DNA of 54,794 nucleotides, filler included, from Trypethelium eluteriae (Eukaryota): NCBI GenBank assembly GCA_051942245.1. It is 4 parts of 4 records of this genome, joined end to end, with 100 filler letters (N's around TTAATTAATTAA, not from the genome) between each part and the next. Parts side by side here need not be neighbours in the genome. Positions count along the whole stretch, not along the records: positions 1 to 13,643 come from JAVECL010000724.1; positions 13,744 to 27,386 come from JAVECL010000725.1; 2 more parts are not named here. One strand, 5' to 3'. Shown piece by piece: positions 11,962 to 23,845 of this stretch (position 1 is its first letter; each line of letters starts with the position of its first letter). The notes under the pieces were generated by a model. It saw only the letters and a program-made list of their open reading frames with translations, ran no database searches and was not told where the DNA came from. The position numbers and the translations under genes were made by a program.

Positions 11962-13197
11962 TCAATCAAAGAAACCTACACCCCCATTCGTCCGATAGAG
12001 CAAAAAATTCGTATCATACGGATCGTCCGGAAAGAACTCATGATGGCCCCTACAGTGCTCCAAATGACACCTCTGCCTCCCCTGATGATAATAGACAAAC
12101 CTCCTCTCCTTCCCCACCCAGTCAATCTCCATAATATTCGGACACGTCTTCGAGCACTTCGTCCAATGCACCGAACACAGCGGTAACCCGGGCCGCGGCA
12201 CCCACAACCGCCTCACCGCCCCCGCCGTCGGCAAATACGGCAACCTTCTCGACGCCAGAATCTGCCGCTCGAGCTCGCCCACCAGCTCCGCCGGCAACCT
12301 GTCCTCGCCCAGCTTCCGCGCCAGCATGCGCGCCGTCGTGGCCGCGCGCATCTCCGCCAGGAACTGCGCCGTGCGGTGCAGGTACTTGCGCGCCATGTCC
12401 GGGTTGGCCTGGTCGTGCTGCGTGTCGCGGATCCGACCGATCAGGTTGCGCATCGCCGGCGAAGTCCAGTGCTCCGGCGCTTTCTCCCACAGGTCCACCG
12501 AGATGCTCAGCATCACTTCGTCGATGGCTTGGAAGGCTTGGATCGAGGCGGGCGTGGGCGCCCAGTGGCTGCGCAGGAAGGCTAGCTTGTGGAAGTGGTA
12601 CATGGCGACGCGGTAGATCAGGTCGTGTGCGTGGAGGGGCCCGCCGTCAGGGAGAGATCGCACTTGCGCGACCGCGGGGAGGTAGACGGGGAGTCGGTTG
12701 ATGAAGTAGTCGTTCTGCGTCATGGTGTAGTCTCGCCCGATGAGTTGGCGGACATAGTAGGCGAAGAGGGCAATGGCGTCGGGGGTGACCGTGATACTGT
12801 CGCGGACGTGGGTTGGTAGCTCTTGAATTTGCTGTCAGTTTCAAAGGAATGTAACTTGCTTCGGCAGCTTCTTCTTTCATTTATTTATTTAATTTTTTTT
12901 TTATCTCCATCTTCCTACACAAAAAGCAAATATTTCGTCCTCGAGTATGTAGAGCAGTAAGATGAAGTAATTTGGACATATGGTGCAACAAAAAGAGACT
13001 TCATGTGAAGTTAAGGGATGTTCCAGCTTACCTGTCAGAAGATTGGTTTCCTCTCTGAGAAATTCTGCCAGCTCTTTGATGTCCATTAAATCTGTTCTCC
13101 TTCTCTTTGTAGGCGGAGCTGAATCAGCCGCAGCCTTAGTGAAAGAGATGCCATGTAGATTTGACAGAGGCCCGCTCAGAACCTCAACGGAAGACAT
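11962..13197 (-). CDS. Uncharacterised protein with Cys/His-rich C-terminus, 2 exons
   Basis: Exon 1 13197-13032 (MSSVEVLSG...PPTKRRRT...NLLT) joins in frame through intron GTAAGC..CTGAC..AAG (13031-12822) to exon 2 12821-11962 (ELPTHVRDSI...MTQNDYFINRLP...CHLEHCRGHHEF...). This links two ORFs from the track. Confidence 0.7.
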
Positions 13198-13552
13198 TCT
13201 ACAATCTCAGTCGCGTCCCTCTGGATTTTCTTGAAGACATTCAGGTGGTGTCTCGAAGGAAAGGGGGTACTTGAATGTCAGCTGAAGGACGGTGTTGGAA
13301 AAGACAAATCCCCCACCCTGGAGCTGTTATGATATGCGGGAGAGCACATCCCTGCCGTCTTGAACCCCAATCAGCTACTTTGGTACGCTTTGTACCGAAT
13401 TATCGCGCTATCAGACGGACTAAAGTAAGTAGTACAATTACCGAAGCATACATCCAGAGACCTCGACCATGTAGTCATCACATGTCTCTGATTGCTCTTC
13501 AAACACCCTTCTCGTCCATCCACCCCCAATCTCACACCGGCTCTCACCGACC

Positions 13553-13643
13553 ATGAGCCTCCTCGACCTCCCCGCCGAACTCCGCAATCTCATCTACGAA
13601 TTCGTCTTCACACCACCCTACACCACGACCCTCCTCTCCAACC
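13553..13643 (+). CDS. 5' fragment of an F-box-like protein, truncated by contig end
   Basis: ATG at 13553 gives MSLLDLPAELRNLIYEFVF, the LxxLPxELRxxIY signature of fungal F-box-like N-termini. The ORF track shows a different frame here. Confidence 0.7.
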
Positions 13644-13743
13644 NNNNNNNNNNNNNNNNNNNNNNNNNNNNNNNNNNNNNNNNNNNNTTAATTAATTAAN
13701 NNNNNNNNNNNNNNNNNNNNNNNNNNNNNNNNNNNNNNNNNNN
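13644..13743. other. Artificial contig-joining spacer N44-TTAATTAATTAA-N44
   Basis: Identical 100-nt spacer occurs three times. TTAATTAATTAA places stop codons in all six frames. Confidence 0.98.
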
Positions 13744-14838
13744 CGTCGCGTTTGGATTCATCTCAGTTTCGCTGTAACAACCATACAGGTACTGACACCG
13801 GACACCGCGAGAAGGTGTGAATCCATCGTCCTATCCATCGAAAGCCGTAGCCTCTCCGGATATCCAGCGTGCTCGCTGGAGGCGAGGGCCCCTGGTGGAG
13901 CAGGGAGCGCATGGAGTAGGTACCTTAGGATCACGAGATGAGCAGGGTCACGTGCATGCGAAGGACTTAGAAGCGAAGTGCACAATGCAGATTTAGATTT
14001 AGATCCTTCGTCCTTGAATCCTCGTTCATATCAATATAATAGCTATTCAGCTTCATTAGCGTCTCTGACATACAGGTCACGAATTTGCTACAATTCTTAC
14101 TGGGCAGCATCCCTAGGCTAGGGAACTTGGAACCAGAATTCTCGAGACCTCGCGTTTATTCCAAGATCAATCTTGTACCTTAGGTGTTAATTATCAGCTT
14201 ATCAGGCAATTTCCGTCTGTCGACTGCTGTACTTGCCTCATAAGCAAGAACTGTTCCTATCAGGCTTCCACTTTGCACCTTGACACTCGGCTCCTGCGAA
14301 AACCAGCCTGCTTTTGGTGTCTATAAAGCTCCCTTTCCCCCTACTGACCGTTTCTCTTGACTTTGCGCCCACACTCCCACCTTTCTATCTGCCCCTTTAA
14401 ACGTCGTATTGGCTGGTTGTGCTAAGTAGTCTTCCCTCCCCTCTACAGCCTGGTCAGGTTGATACGTTGTACAGCGTAGACGGCACTGATGCGGCCCCGG
14501 ATATCATTCCGCTTCAGCTCCTGCTGTGCCCCCACCCTTAATCCTCTTTGCTTGCGGTCCCTCTGCTTGGTGCTGCCTATTGACGTCGGCTGCCTCCCCA
14601 CCCAGGCGGTATGCGAAGATGACTTGCTAGAGCCGTCACTACCCGTTGACTTAGGGGCATCCTTACCTGGCCAGCAGTTCCAGTCTTCACGAGAGTGTAT
14701 AAGCAGAAATCGAAGAAACACTTCAAACGAGTGGAATGAATACTGCCAACGGTATTCTAAATATTCTAAGATACAGAAAACCCCAAACGCCATCAGTGCG
14801 AACATCTTCCCTCTAGAATCGCTCTACGCCACGACCCC

Positions 14839-15219
14839 TTACTCGTTGGGACAGTTGAACCCATTCACCGTCGGGTAGATCGTAGTCAGAGCACTGTTGA
14901 CAATATCACCGGGATTGAAGGAGCCGAATTGATTCGGGGTGTTGAACCAGAGCTGCGTGTTTCCTCTGTCGTCAGCCACGCATTGCCAATTCGTGAGAGC
15001 AACCCCGCGGCCCATGATTGCATTGAAGATGTCATTGCAGCCGTTGCCATTGTTGTAGGTGATGCCGATATCGATTGAATAGGAATTGAAGAAAGGATGT
15101 TGCACGCAGTTGCAGGACTGGGTGTTGTCGGGGACACCACGCCTCTCGAGGGGCGACGCAAGAGTAGAGGCGAACCCGTTAAGGGCGAGGAGGGTGAAAG
15201 TGATGGTCTTGAAAAACAT
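14839..15219 (-). CDS. Small secreted Cys-containing protein (candidate effector/toxin), 126 aa
   Basis: Signal peptide MFFKTITFTLLALNGFASTLA, short propeptide SPLERR ending in a dibasic Kex2-type site, and a ~99-aa mature region with 5 Cys. Intronless, with a pyrimidine-rich leader. Confidence 0.85.
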   Translation of the reverse strand: MFFKTITFTLLALNGFASTLASPLERRGVPDNTQSCNCVQHPFFNSYSIDIGITYNNGNGCNDIFNAIMGRGVALTNWQCVADDRGNTQLWFNTPNQFGSFNPGDIVNSALTTIYPTVNGFNCPNE

Positions 15220-16649
15220 GATGTTGGTAATGAGACTTCGAGGTCAGGAAGAGTTGTAGTGTGAATTGAAGCGACTGTTTGTTGAGGATGAGAAGTGTGA
15301 TGCTGATGCTACGAGAGATATCTACGTCCATTCACCTCATTTTATACTTGAGAAACTTTCCTCAGAGACTAACTTGAGGTCAAACGTGGAGCAGATCATA
15401 CTAATTCAGTCTTCAGATTCCGGTTTCAAGGAAATCTTCAACGGTAAGGTACCCTTGTGAGGTAATCCACGAATGCTTCAGCCAAATACAACCAGAATTA
15501 GAACGATCCCATTGTTTTGGCCCAATAGACTCCATTATGTCTTATATATCTAGAGCATCTTGTCCAATTGGGAATGAGCTAGCTCCGGTAGATGTAATAA
15601 GGAATGTTGGCTATTTCCTAGAAAGGATACCTTATACATGTCTCGGCGACATTTCTTGTAGACCCATCGGGGCCAGTTTGGGGTAAGCGTTTCATGATGG
15701 AAGGCTCATCAGCTCTTGGTCTCAGTTGGCGGCCAGTTACCTTCACCGGTCAGCAATAATTATATGAATACTAGGCTTCATCTATCTCTCTTCTCTTCCT
15801 CTGTCCGGTGAAAATGGGATGTACTTGGTCATTTCCTATGGTATGATGATCATCTTTGTAGCTGATGTTCCGGACTTCACTTGCAAGATACAGTCAGAGT
15901 ACGGAGTACTCCATCAAAAGTCATCTTCTGTAATACCGGACCTCTTTACTAGGTACATGCCTACCTAGTGGGTAGGTAATCAGCGCTACATGGGACCAGA
16001 AATAGGGACCGGACAGGGTCGACTCACGTGTACTTGGGGGCTGCGCTGGAGTAGTGCAGCCTTGGAGCTGCCGGAAGTTCCGGATAGCTTGTTCATCATC
16101 AAGCTGTATAGGTGGAAATGAAAATGGATTTGATTGATTTTTGTCGAGTGTAACTTCTCCTGAAAGCAGGATAGGAAATGGAACATTTTCCGGACTCGCC
16201 AGGGTCCACCAGGGTTCGACTTCGACTCCCAATGGTGGGGAATTTGGTCCGCATCCGGACAATATCTTGCCACCAGTCATCGCTCCCTTCAGGCCTCCAC
16301 AATTATATTTGTGGCAGCCCTGCATTCGGAAATCTCCACAGAATCGGAATCGTTTCATCAGTCAATGAACCAAAGCTTCGGAATGCTTTTAGGGTTCAGA
16401 ACAAGAGTGCCGAGGCACGAGGCGCGTGTAGATGCGTCCGATCCTAACGCGGGTTGAGGGGAAACAGCGTTGCAACGTTCACTTCTTCTGCCTAATATTT
16501 AGGAAAGAGAGCGGAAGCTGTCATGCAGACAATCGTGCAGCATGATTGGAGGACCCGGCATGAGCAATTTAGAAGAGGAGGAGGAACAAGAAACGAAGTT
16601 TTTCCAGCAATGTTGATAGGTAAGGAGAGCATCCTAGGGGATATACAAT

Positions 16650-16657
16650 TATATAAA
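16650..16657 (+). promoter_or_regulatory. Candidate TATA box of the polygalacturonase gene
   Basis: TATATAAA about 75 nt upstream of ATG 16728. Confidence 0.5.
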
Positions 16658-16727
16658 CCAGGCTTGGGAGATGATTGCCATGAAGTGTTACTCAGAAGTC
16701 CACCATTGGGAGTGAAAGGCATTAAAG

Positions 16728-18116
16728 ATGATTGCTTCTCGATCAATTCCTGTGCTTGCCCTTGCGGCTCTCTCCATTGCCTCTCCTGTCGTCCCTGCAC
16801 CCGAGATTACAGCAGCCCCATCACCGGCTGAAATTCAAAAGCGGGCAACAAGCTGTACTTTCTCGGGCTCGAGTGGTGCGTCGCTGGCCAGCGTTTCTCA
16901 GAAGTCCTGTTCGACGATTGTGTTATCCAATGTCGCCGTACCTTCTGGCGTGACTTTGAACCTTTCTGATCTTGAGGATGACACCACGGTATGATAAGTG
17001 ACTCTGTGTTCATGTATCTTTAGAGCTCATGTCATGGCCTAGGTCATATTCGAAGGTACAACGACCTGGGGCTACAAGGAATGGGCCGGGCCTTTGATGC
17101 AGATCGAAGGCAGCCATATCAATATCAAAGGCGCAAGCGGCGCAGTTCTCAATGGGAACGGGGCTGAATGGTGGGATGGCGAAGGAGGCAGCGGTGGAAA
17201 GACGAAACCGAAATTCTTCTATGCACATGACCTCACAGACTCGACCATCAGCAATCTCTACATCCAGAACACACCGGTTCAAGCTATAAGCATTGATAAT
17301 GCAAATAGCCTTACAGTCAGCGGCGTGACGATTGATAATCGGGCCGGTGATACCGGAGGAGGGAAGAATACGGACGGATTCGATATCGGGGATAGCACCG
17401 GCGTGACCATTACTGGGGCAAACGTCTACAACCAGGATGATTGTGTAGCCGTCAACTCCGGGACGGTACGTGAATGCGGAGCGAACGAGACAATCGCATC
17501 TTATACTGACAATAAGGCCAGAGCATTACTTTCAGTGGCGGTGTCTGCTCTGGCGGGCATGGCTTGTCGATTGGCTCTGTTGGTGGACGAAGTGACAACA
17601 CTGTCGAAACCGTTACCTTTGAGAACTCGGAAGTGAAAAGCTCATCAAACGGTACTTCATCCAGATTTTTTACCCCAATGTCCTGACTTGGATGGTGATG
17701 TGAGCTGATCCTCCGGAAATAGGGATCCGTATCAAGGCTACTGAGGGCGACACTGGTACCATAAAGGGAATCACATACTCTGGCATCACACTCTCAGGTA
17801 TTACTGGGTATGTAATCTCTGGTCCATTGAATAGATTGACAATGCTAAGTTGTCAACTAGATATGGTATCCTCATCGAACAGAACTACGATGGCGGCGAC
17901 CTCAAAGGTACCCCAACTGCTGGCATCCCTATCACCGACGTGACATTATCAAACATCAGCGGTAGTGGCGGCGTTCAGAGCTCTGCGACCAATGTTGAGA
18001 TCGTCTGTGCTAGCGGCGCTTGCTCGAGCTGGACGTGGAATAACGTGGTTGTGACCGGAGGCAAGACGAGCACGAACTGCCAGGGGGTCCCTAGTGGTGC
18101 AAGTTGCTCTGCATGA
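16728..18116 (+). CDS. Secreted endopolygalacturonase (GH28), 5 exons
   Basis: Signal peptide, propeptide ending in KR, and all four GH28 motifs (NTDG, QDD, GHG, RIK) after splicing. Exons 16728-16988, 17043-17465, 17522-17651, 17723-17807, 17861-18116. Confidence 0.95.
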
Positions 18117-18470
18117 GCTTGAGTACAACGCAAAAAATTTTTACTTGTAAATATTCCCCTAGCCTTTCCTACTAAGAAGCTAGATAGTAAATAGTGCGAG
18201 GCTGATGTCAAGGTTTCCACGGGCTTAGGACTGACCCTGAAAAGAGAAATTCGAGCACGAAGACATATACATTTGATGGATATTCACAATTTTATATTAT
18301 CAACAACACCGCACAATGCATGACTTGTTTCAAAATGACGATGCAAACGTTTCTTAGGTGGACCCAGGACGCCCGCGAGATGCAACCTTACCGATCATGC
18401 CAATCTCCTTTCCCCAGATACATACGAAAAATCCGCCATCCATCACTTCCACTTCGAACATTCCCACCAA

Positions 18471-20815
18471 TCAATAGTTCTCCGGCAACCCCATCGACCC
18501 AAAGTCCGGCACACTCCCACAGTTGAAAGTCCGATTGCCCAGATTCTCCGGCAGAATGCCCGCCTGCGCGCCAAGCTTCCAACTCCACTGCGTCGCCTGC
18601 TCCGTCACCCACGTCCAGTAGAACCAGCCCCAGCCCTTCTCAAAGCTGTACATCTGGCCTTCCGCAAACTGCAGCAGCCACTGCTTGTACGCGTCGCTAT
18701 ACGCGCCGGGATCCGCATTCGCGTCGTCGCACTCGCACGGCGGGCTGTTCTTCGTTGGGCACGCGGGAGTCAGCACGTCCAGCGACGCATTGTTCAGGTT
18801 GAGCGTGCCCTCCCACCGGCTGCCTGTGCCGACGTTGTTGAGGTACTGCGTGCAGTCTGTGTCGGCTTGGCTCCATTCGCCGCACATGGTGGGGCCGAAG
18901 CCTGTCGCCGTGTCCATGGAGCGCAGGGTCTGCTGGGTCCAGCCGCTGCAGGCGAAGTTCAGCTTGTCGGAGTGGTCGAGCGCGATCTGGTCGGTGTTGA
19001 AGATGACGTATTGGTGGACGTCGAGGAGGAGGTTGTTGAGCGGGTCGGCGTTTTGGAGTTTGCCTTGCCAGTTGTCGAGGCCCATGAAGCCGTCGCCGAA
19101 GACGATGACGGCGGTGATGTTGTTCTTGCGGATGGATTGGATGGCGGTGGTGGTCCAGTTTAGGACGCGGTTGGTATCGAGGTCGACCATGCGGGGCTCA
19201 TTGCAGAGGCCATACATGGTGACGAGATTTTGGTAGCGGGGCTGGGCGAAGAAGGTGGAGAGTTGATTGTGGAGGTCAAGAGAGCGTTGAGCATTTAGGT
19301 CGCCGTCAGTCCCGTTCAGCCAGCCAATAGTGCCCTGTCGACCACTATGGTTCCAGCCGTTTTGACTGCCTGGGAGGCCGTGTACATCCAGATTTACGCG
19401 GAGACCGTACTTTCGACAATATTCAATGGCCCGGAGAAGATAACGCCATGATATTTGTTTCACATACGGGTCGCCATCGTAGGTTATGACAGCCCAGTAG
19501 GAGAATGATATGCGCACGTGATCGAAGCCGGCTGCTTGTATCGCGGCAATGTCCTGCTCTCCCACAAAAGCAGAATAGTGTTGTTCTAAAGTTGACGCAG
19601 CTTTGGAACCTAATGTGCTTGTTAGGGTCCATTCGTCGATGACATTTTGAGAACTGGAATAGCCGCTAAAGAATGATGGAGTGATGAATGGCTCTATTGA
19701 TAGCCAGCCCCCAAGGTTCATCCCTCGGATCGGCATCTTGCCGTATTGCCATTTGTCTTTCAGTGCAGGAACATTGCCGTTGGCACGAGCACTATCGTCC
19801 CATGTCGAATTGAGACCCATAATGGGCAGGCCGCCAACAGTCTCATTCGTGTATGTCACGTTGAAATCTATTGTGTCGTACCAGGTGAAAGGATCATAAT
19901 AGGTTCCCTTTGCTGACGCTGGTACGCTGTTAGGATCTAATCCTTGGAGATTGTAGTTTGACGGTCGAGGTGTACCAGAACCAGCCGTAGGTGGGTCACT
20001 AGACTTCTTCTTCGAAACCACTACGCCAATGACTATTGCAATGATGAGGACGATCACGGTTGCAACGGCTACGAAGATCCCTAATCCCCAGGTTAATCAC
20101 TGACAAGCAGTCCCACGCTGACTGTAGACCTACAGATGCGGCGTCGTTTGCGTCTTGCCCTTTCTTCTTCGTCTTCTTCACTTCCTGACGGTGGACCTCG
20201 TCGGTCTGCTCTGTATTCATACTCCTTGTATTTTTCATTGTATCTCTCGTGACCTTCCTCTAAATAAGGTCCACTGACTATTCGCCTCTTCTTCCGATGA
20301 TGATTATGGTCTGAGCGGTCGTAGTCCCTGTGTCGATGATGGTGTTCGCGACGGTGTTGGTAATGCTCCCGATGAGGTTCTCTGTGTTTCAATTCTTCAG
20401 TCCTTCGCCGTCTCTCCTTTCTTCGTTCTTCATATTTTCCCTTTTCCTCGGCTCTTTGATTCTGCGGATCCCTTTCCTGCTCCTGTGTATACTCTGCCTC
20501 ATTCTCCAATTCCACAGACTTGTCTGTTTTGCTCCATCCCAACTTTTCATTCAAGGCATCGAGTTGAGCGAGTGAATTCGCAGAAAGAGGATTAGTAGTC
20601 GAGCTTCCAGCGTGTGACTGAGGCGGTCTATGTCTCCGAGATCTCTCGGGCCTCTGCCGCTTGCGCGTGGGTTCTGGCGACGGAGATGCACGGTCGTATT
20701 CGTATTGTGCAGTGCTGCGATGGCGAGGAAGTAATGCTCCGGTGCTGTCGGTGGATCGATGTGCGCGACGTCGACGTTCACGGCGGGCTGGAGAATCACG
20801 CGTCGACCGCGGCAT
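18471..20815 (-). CDS. exgD: Membrane-anchored GH5 glucan 1,3-beta-glucosidase (ExgD type), 2 exons
   Basis: Charged N-terminal tail (exon 20815-20134), intron 20133-20081, TM helix WIFVAVATVIVLIIAIVIGVVV, then GH5 motifs GMNLGGWLSIEPFITPSFF, HGLPGSQNGWNHSG, NEP (acid/base) and CGEWS (nucleophile). Confidence 0.88.
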
Positions 20816-21322
20816 TAGCCAGCAGAATTGGACAAGCCAACGGCAGAAATATACAGTAAGATGTACTATAAGCGTACGCTGGTAGAAATCAAAAAGTCTT
20901 GGCAAGGCTGAGGTGAAGATGTTTGTCAAGGCGTTACCAGGGCAACCGCCGGCTCCCAGCGCTGTGGCCCTGTTATTACATTATCTACACCCTACCTGGT
21001 ATTATACCAGATGATATTCCAGAGGCCATATATGGCATTATCAGGCTTCTCTTTGAGCGTGTTTCCAAGCCTCTTTATACTGCTGCCCTCGATATTCCAA
21101 TAATACAGTTGAGGGGCGAGATCGCGCCCCTCATTGAGGCTACCGACTTTGAGCGGCGCAGACGGGCCGTAGCAGTGACCCATCACTCAAGACCAGATCT
21201 AGTACCCATGCCCTGACGGCTGGAGCGCGAACATAATTTGACGGCATAGCTCCTTCCCAAACTGCGGGATAAGCGCTTTCCCGTGGCCCTGCACGGGATG
21301 GAGGGACGCTCTGCCTTGGGCA

Positions 21323-22345
21323 CTAAGTAGCACTCCCGGAGCGCTCGGGCAGAGCAACAGCTTTCCCTTTCCCCTCCTTTTCATGTGCAGATGATACACC
21401 ATCGTCGCCGTATAGGTCGTTTTCTTCAATGTATTGAACGACGGGATGTGGTATCAGATACTGGACAGACATTTCCCGCTTGAGGAATAATCGAACTTTG
21501 GTGGAACTGATGTCATTCTGAATGAGTTGCGGTATGACATGAATGTTGTCCTTCCACTGTTGTAAACTTGCGAGTGCATCGTCAATGTCGGTCCCTGCTC
21601 TTTCGATTATGAAAGCGCCATCTATAACGAGTCAGTAATTCCCGGATTTCACCTGTGAAGGAAAACCATTACAATGATTCAGTATGTGGTCAAGATCCTG
21701 AGCGCTCCAGACCCCAGGCGTGGACATGGTCTGTATCAAATCTGCCCCAGCAAGAAGCGCCACATGTATCCGCCGTTTCTGCCCGCCAACCTGTATACCT
21801 CCGTGGACCTCGTTCAGCTCGTGATCGAATCGATCTAGCACTCTAGCAGTTGGCTGATAGTCAGATTGAAGAGGCTCCCAGGCGTCAACTGTGAACGGTC
21901 AGTATCCGTTCGCCGGTAATGAGCCAGAGGCGTTACCCATGATCCACGTCGAGGCATCCTGAACGGCGAGCTGGCACATGTTTATTCTGTGATGAGCACT
22001 AGCAAGACCGGCTTTCTTGTATGCATCGCCAACAGGCGACAAATATCCTCCGATGACTTCGTATTGTGTATTGAATTGACAATAGTCTCTCGCCATTTCA
22101 AACATTCGTAGATGAAGGTATGTTATTGGAGAGAAGCTCCCACAACCGATGAGCACTACCAAAGTTATCAACATTTGGAGCGAAGATATCTGATTGAATC
22201 ATTTACCCAGAGGCGTCCTATGACTGTCGTTGAGGACTTTTTTGAGTCGTTGGGTGGGAAAGCTGTAGTTGTTCATGGTCGACTTTGGCTTTGCGTTTGC
22301 TGCATTTGAGTCTGGGGAAGTCGCCGACGCATTTGTATCCGCCAT
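21323..22345 (-). CDS. NMA1: Nicotinamide/nicotinate mononucleotide adenylyltransferase, multi-exon
   Basis: Motifs GSFSPITYLHLRMFEMARDY, SPVGDAYKKAGLASAHHR, LLAGADLIQTMSTPGVWS and NDISSTKVRLFLKREMSVQYLIP. Stop TAG at 21325-21323. A further in-frame ATG lies at 22540 (see findings). Confidence 0.92.
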
Positions 22346-23845
22346 TCTGTATCGGCGGCTCCCCGAATTGTCGTGAAGAGGTATGAATCGACGCAGACAG
22401 TAATGGTAGGCGACACCGTGCTGTAGTGACTGATAGCCTGTTCTACCGAGATATGACGCAGTGATGAAGCGTTTGATGTTCGAATGTTTGCGGACAAGGG
22501 ATACAGCGCGAAGTGGGAAGCTCAAGAGTATTTGTAGCATACACACTCTGATAGTGAAGTATGTAGTGCTTTTTGAAGCTTTTCTTGCCGGCCTGCAGCC
22601 GAGTGCAGTGCAGGAATCTGTATCTCTTCTTACGAAGGGAGCAAATTACTGGTGCCTCGGATTGGTTGGAAACGTGTTCTTTCTGCCTATGAGGAAGCAG
22701 GGTCAAGATCGATATGGCTGCCTTGGAAGTCTGTTACAGTCAGATCCTTCGATATGCAAGAATGTCCTGTATGACTCAAGTCGGAAGAGGGAGAAAAAGT
22801 TCAGAAGCCCAGACGACAATCGGGCACTTATCGGGAGAGTGGGGCTCACCACGCAATTTGGAGGGGTTCTAGAAGCTAGGCAGTAGTAGGGATATCTTGC
22901 CTTGGAGTCTATGTTACTGCCTTGTCCACGCCATCACCTTGAGAGGCTGCTTTTCGTCGTTTCCGTAGACAATATAGGTACAGACCTATATGAATATTTC
23001 GTCTTCGAATCAGGCATCGCTCATGTCAACATAGACCCGTGGGAAGCCTATTGAGCGCTGGGGCCGCATGCGCCCATTATGTGGAGATCACCGACAGGAT
23101 TTGAAGGGCTATAACCATCATCAGGCGGAGATAATGATACTACTCAGCAGGTCGTTTCCTCCCGATATAGTAGAATCTGTTGGGAGGTCGGGAACGCCTA
23201 TGTGGGTCTCAAAGTAATGAACGGTGGTAATGCTACCTATACGCAAACACTGAGTGCAATCTCAGATATTCTCAGCTGGTGATATACCAACAGTAACGTG
23301 CCACAGACGCGTCGGCACAACAAACAGCGTAGATTTGATTCTTGGTGAATGTATTTTGTCATCGTGATCGAGGGTGATGAGCGGAGGCCAGAGGCGGAAG
23401 GGACAAGCAGACCTGCACCTGCATTTTGCTTTGACATCCCGCTTGCGACACTGCTCTCACTGCACCACCTTGATTAATAAATCCACAAAAGTCTCATTTG
23501 CCCCAGCCCGTGCTCCGCTTCACTTTCTTGAATGTCCCTTCCTCGAGCAACTCGTGATCCACTGTGCCATCACTGCTTGCCCCGCCTCATGGCGGAGACA
23601 TAGGCCTAGTCGTGTGGTATGGAGCGAGGTCCTCACCGTGAATCGATTCCAGCAGTGTTCGACGACTCCACCGCACCTTCAGTAACCAGGTACTCTCGCC
23701 ATCTCACTTCCACCCTGTTATATAACCTCTGCCGACTGCCTGAACTTCTCTTCCTCCTTGCACTCTACCTCCCGCTCGCCGGCACCGTCTGCGCTCGGCG
23801 GCTACCAATGGTTCTTTGAAAGGTTTATGAAGCAATCAAATTCTC

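Noticed and set aside
12870..12910. AT-rich poly-T tract suggesting a RIP-mutated or transposon relic
   Set aside because: Only ~40 nt inside an intron, with no terminal repeats or transposase remnants.
13688..13699. TTAATTAATTAA repeated three times at ~13.7-kb spacing, resembling a periodic element or transposon target site
   Set aside because: Always embedded in identical N runs. It is a six-frame-stop assembly linker.
20134..20815. Arg/His/Glu-rich ORF that looks like a separate nuclear protein
   Set aside because: It splices in frame to the TM helix and GH5 domain. A charged cytosolic tail is normal for ExgD-type glucanases.
14839..22345. Secreted protein, GH28, GH5 and NMNAT as one functional cluster
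   Set aside because: ExgD-type GH5 and NMNAT are conserved housekeeping genes with unrelated roles. Only the divergent secreted-protein/GH28 pair was kept as a lead.
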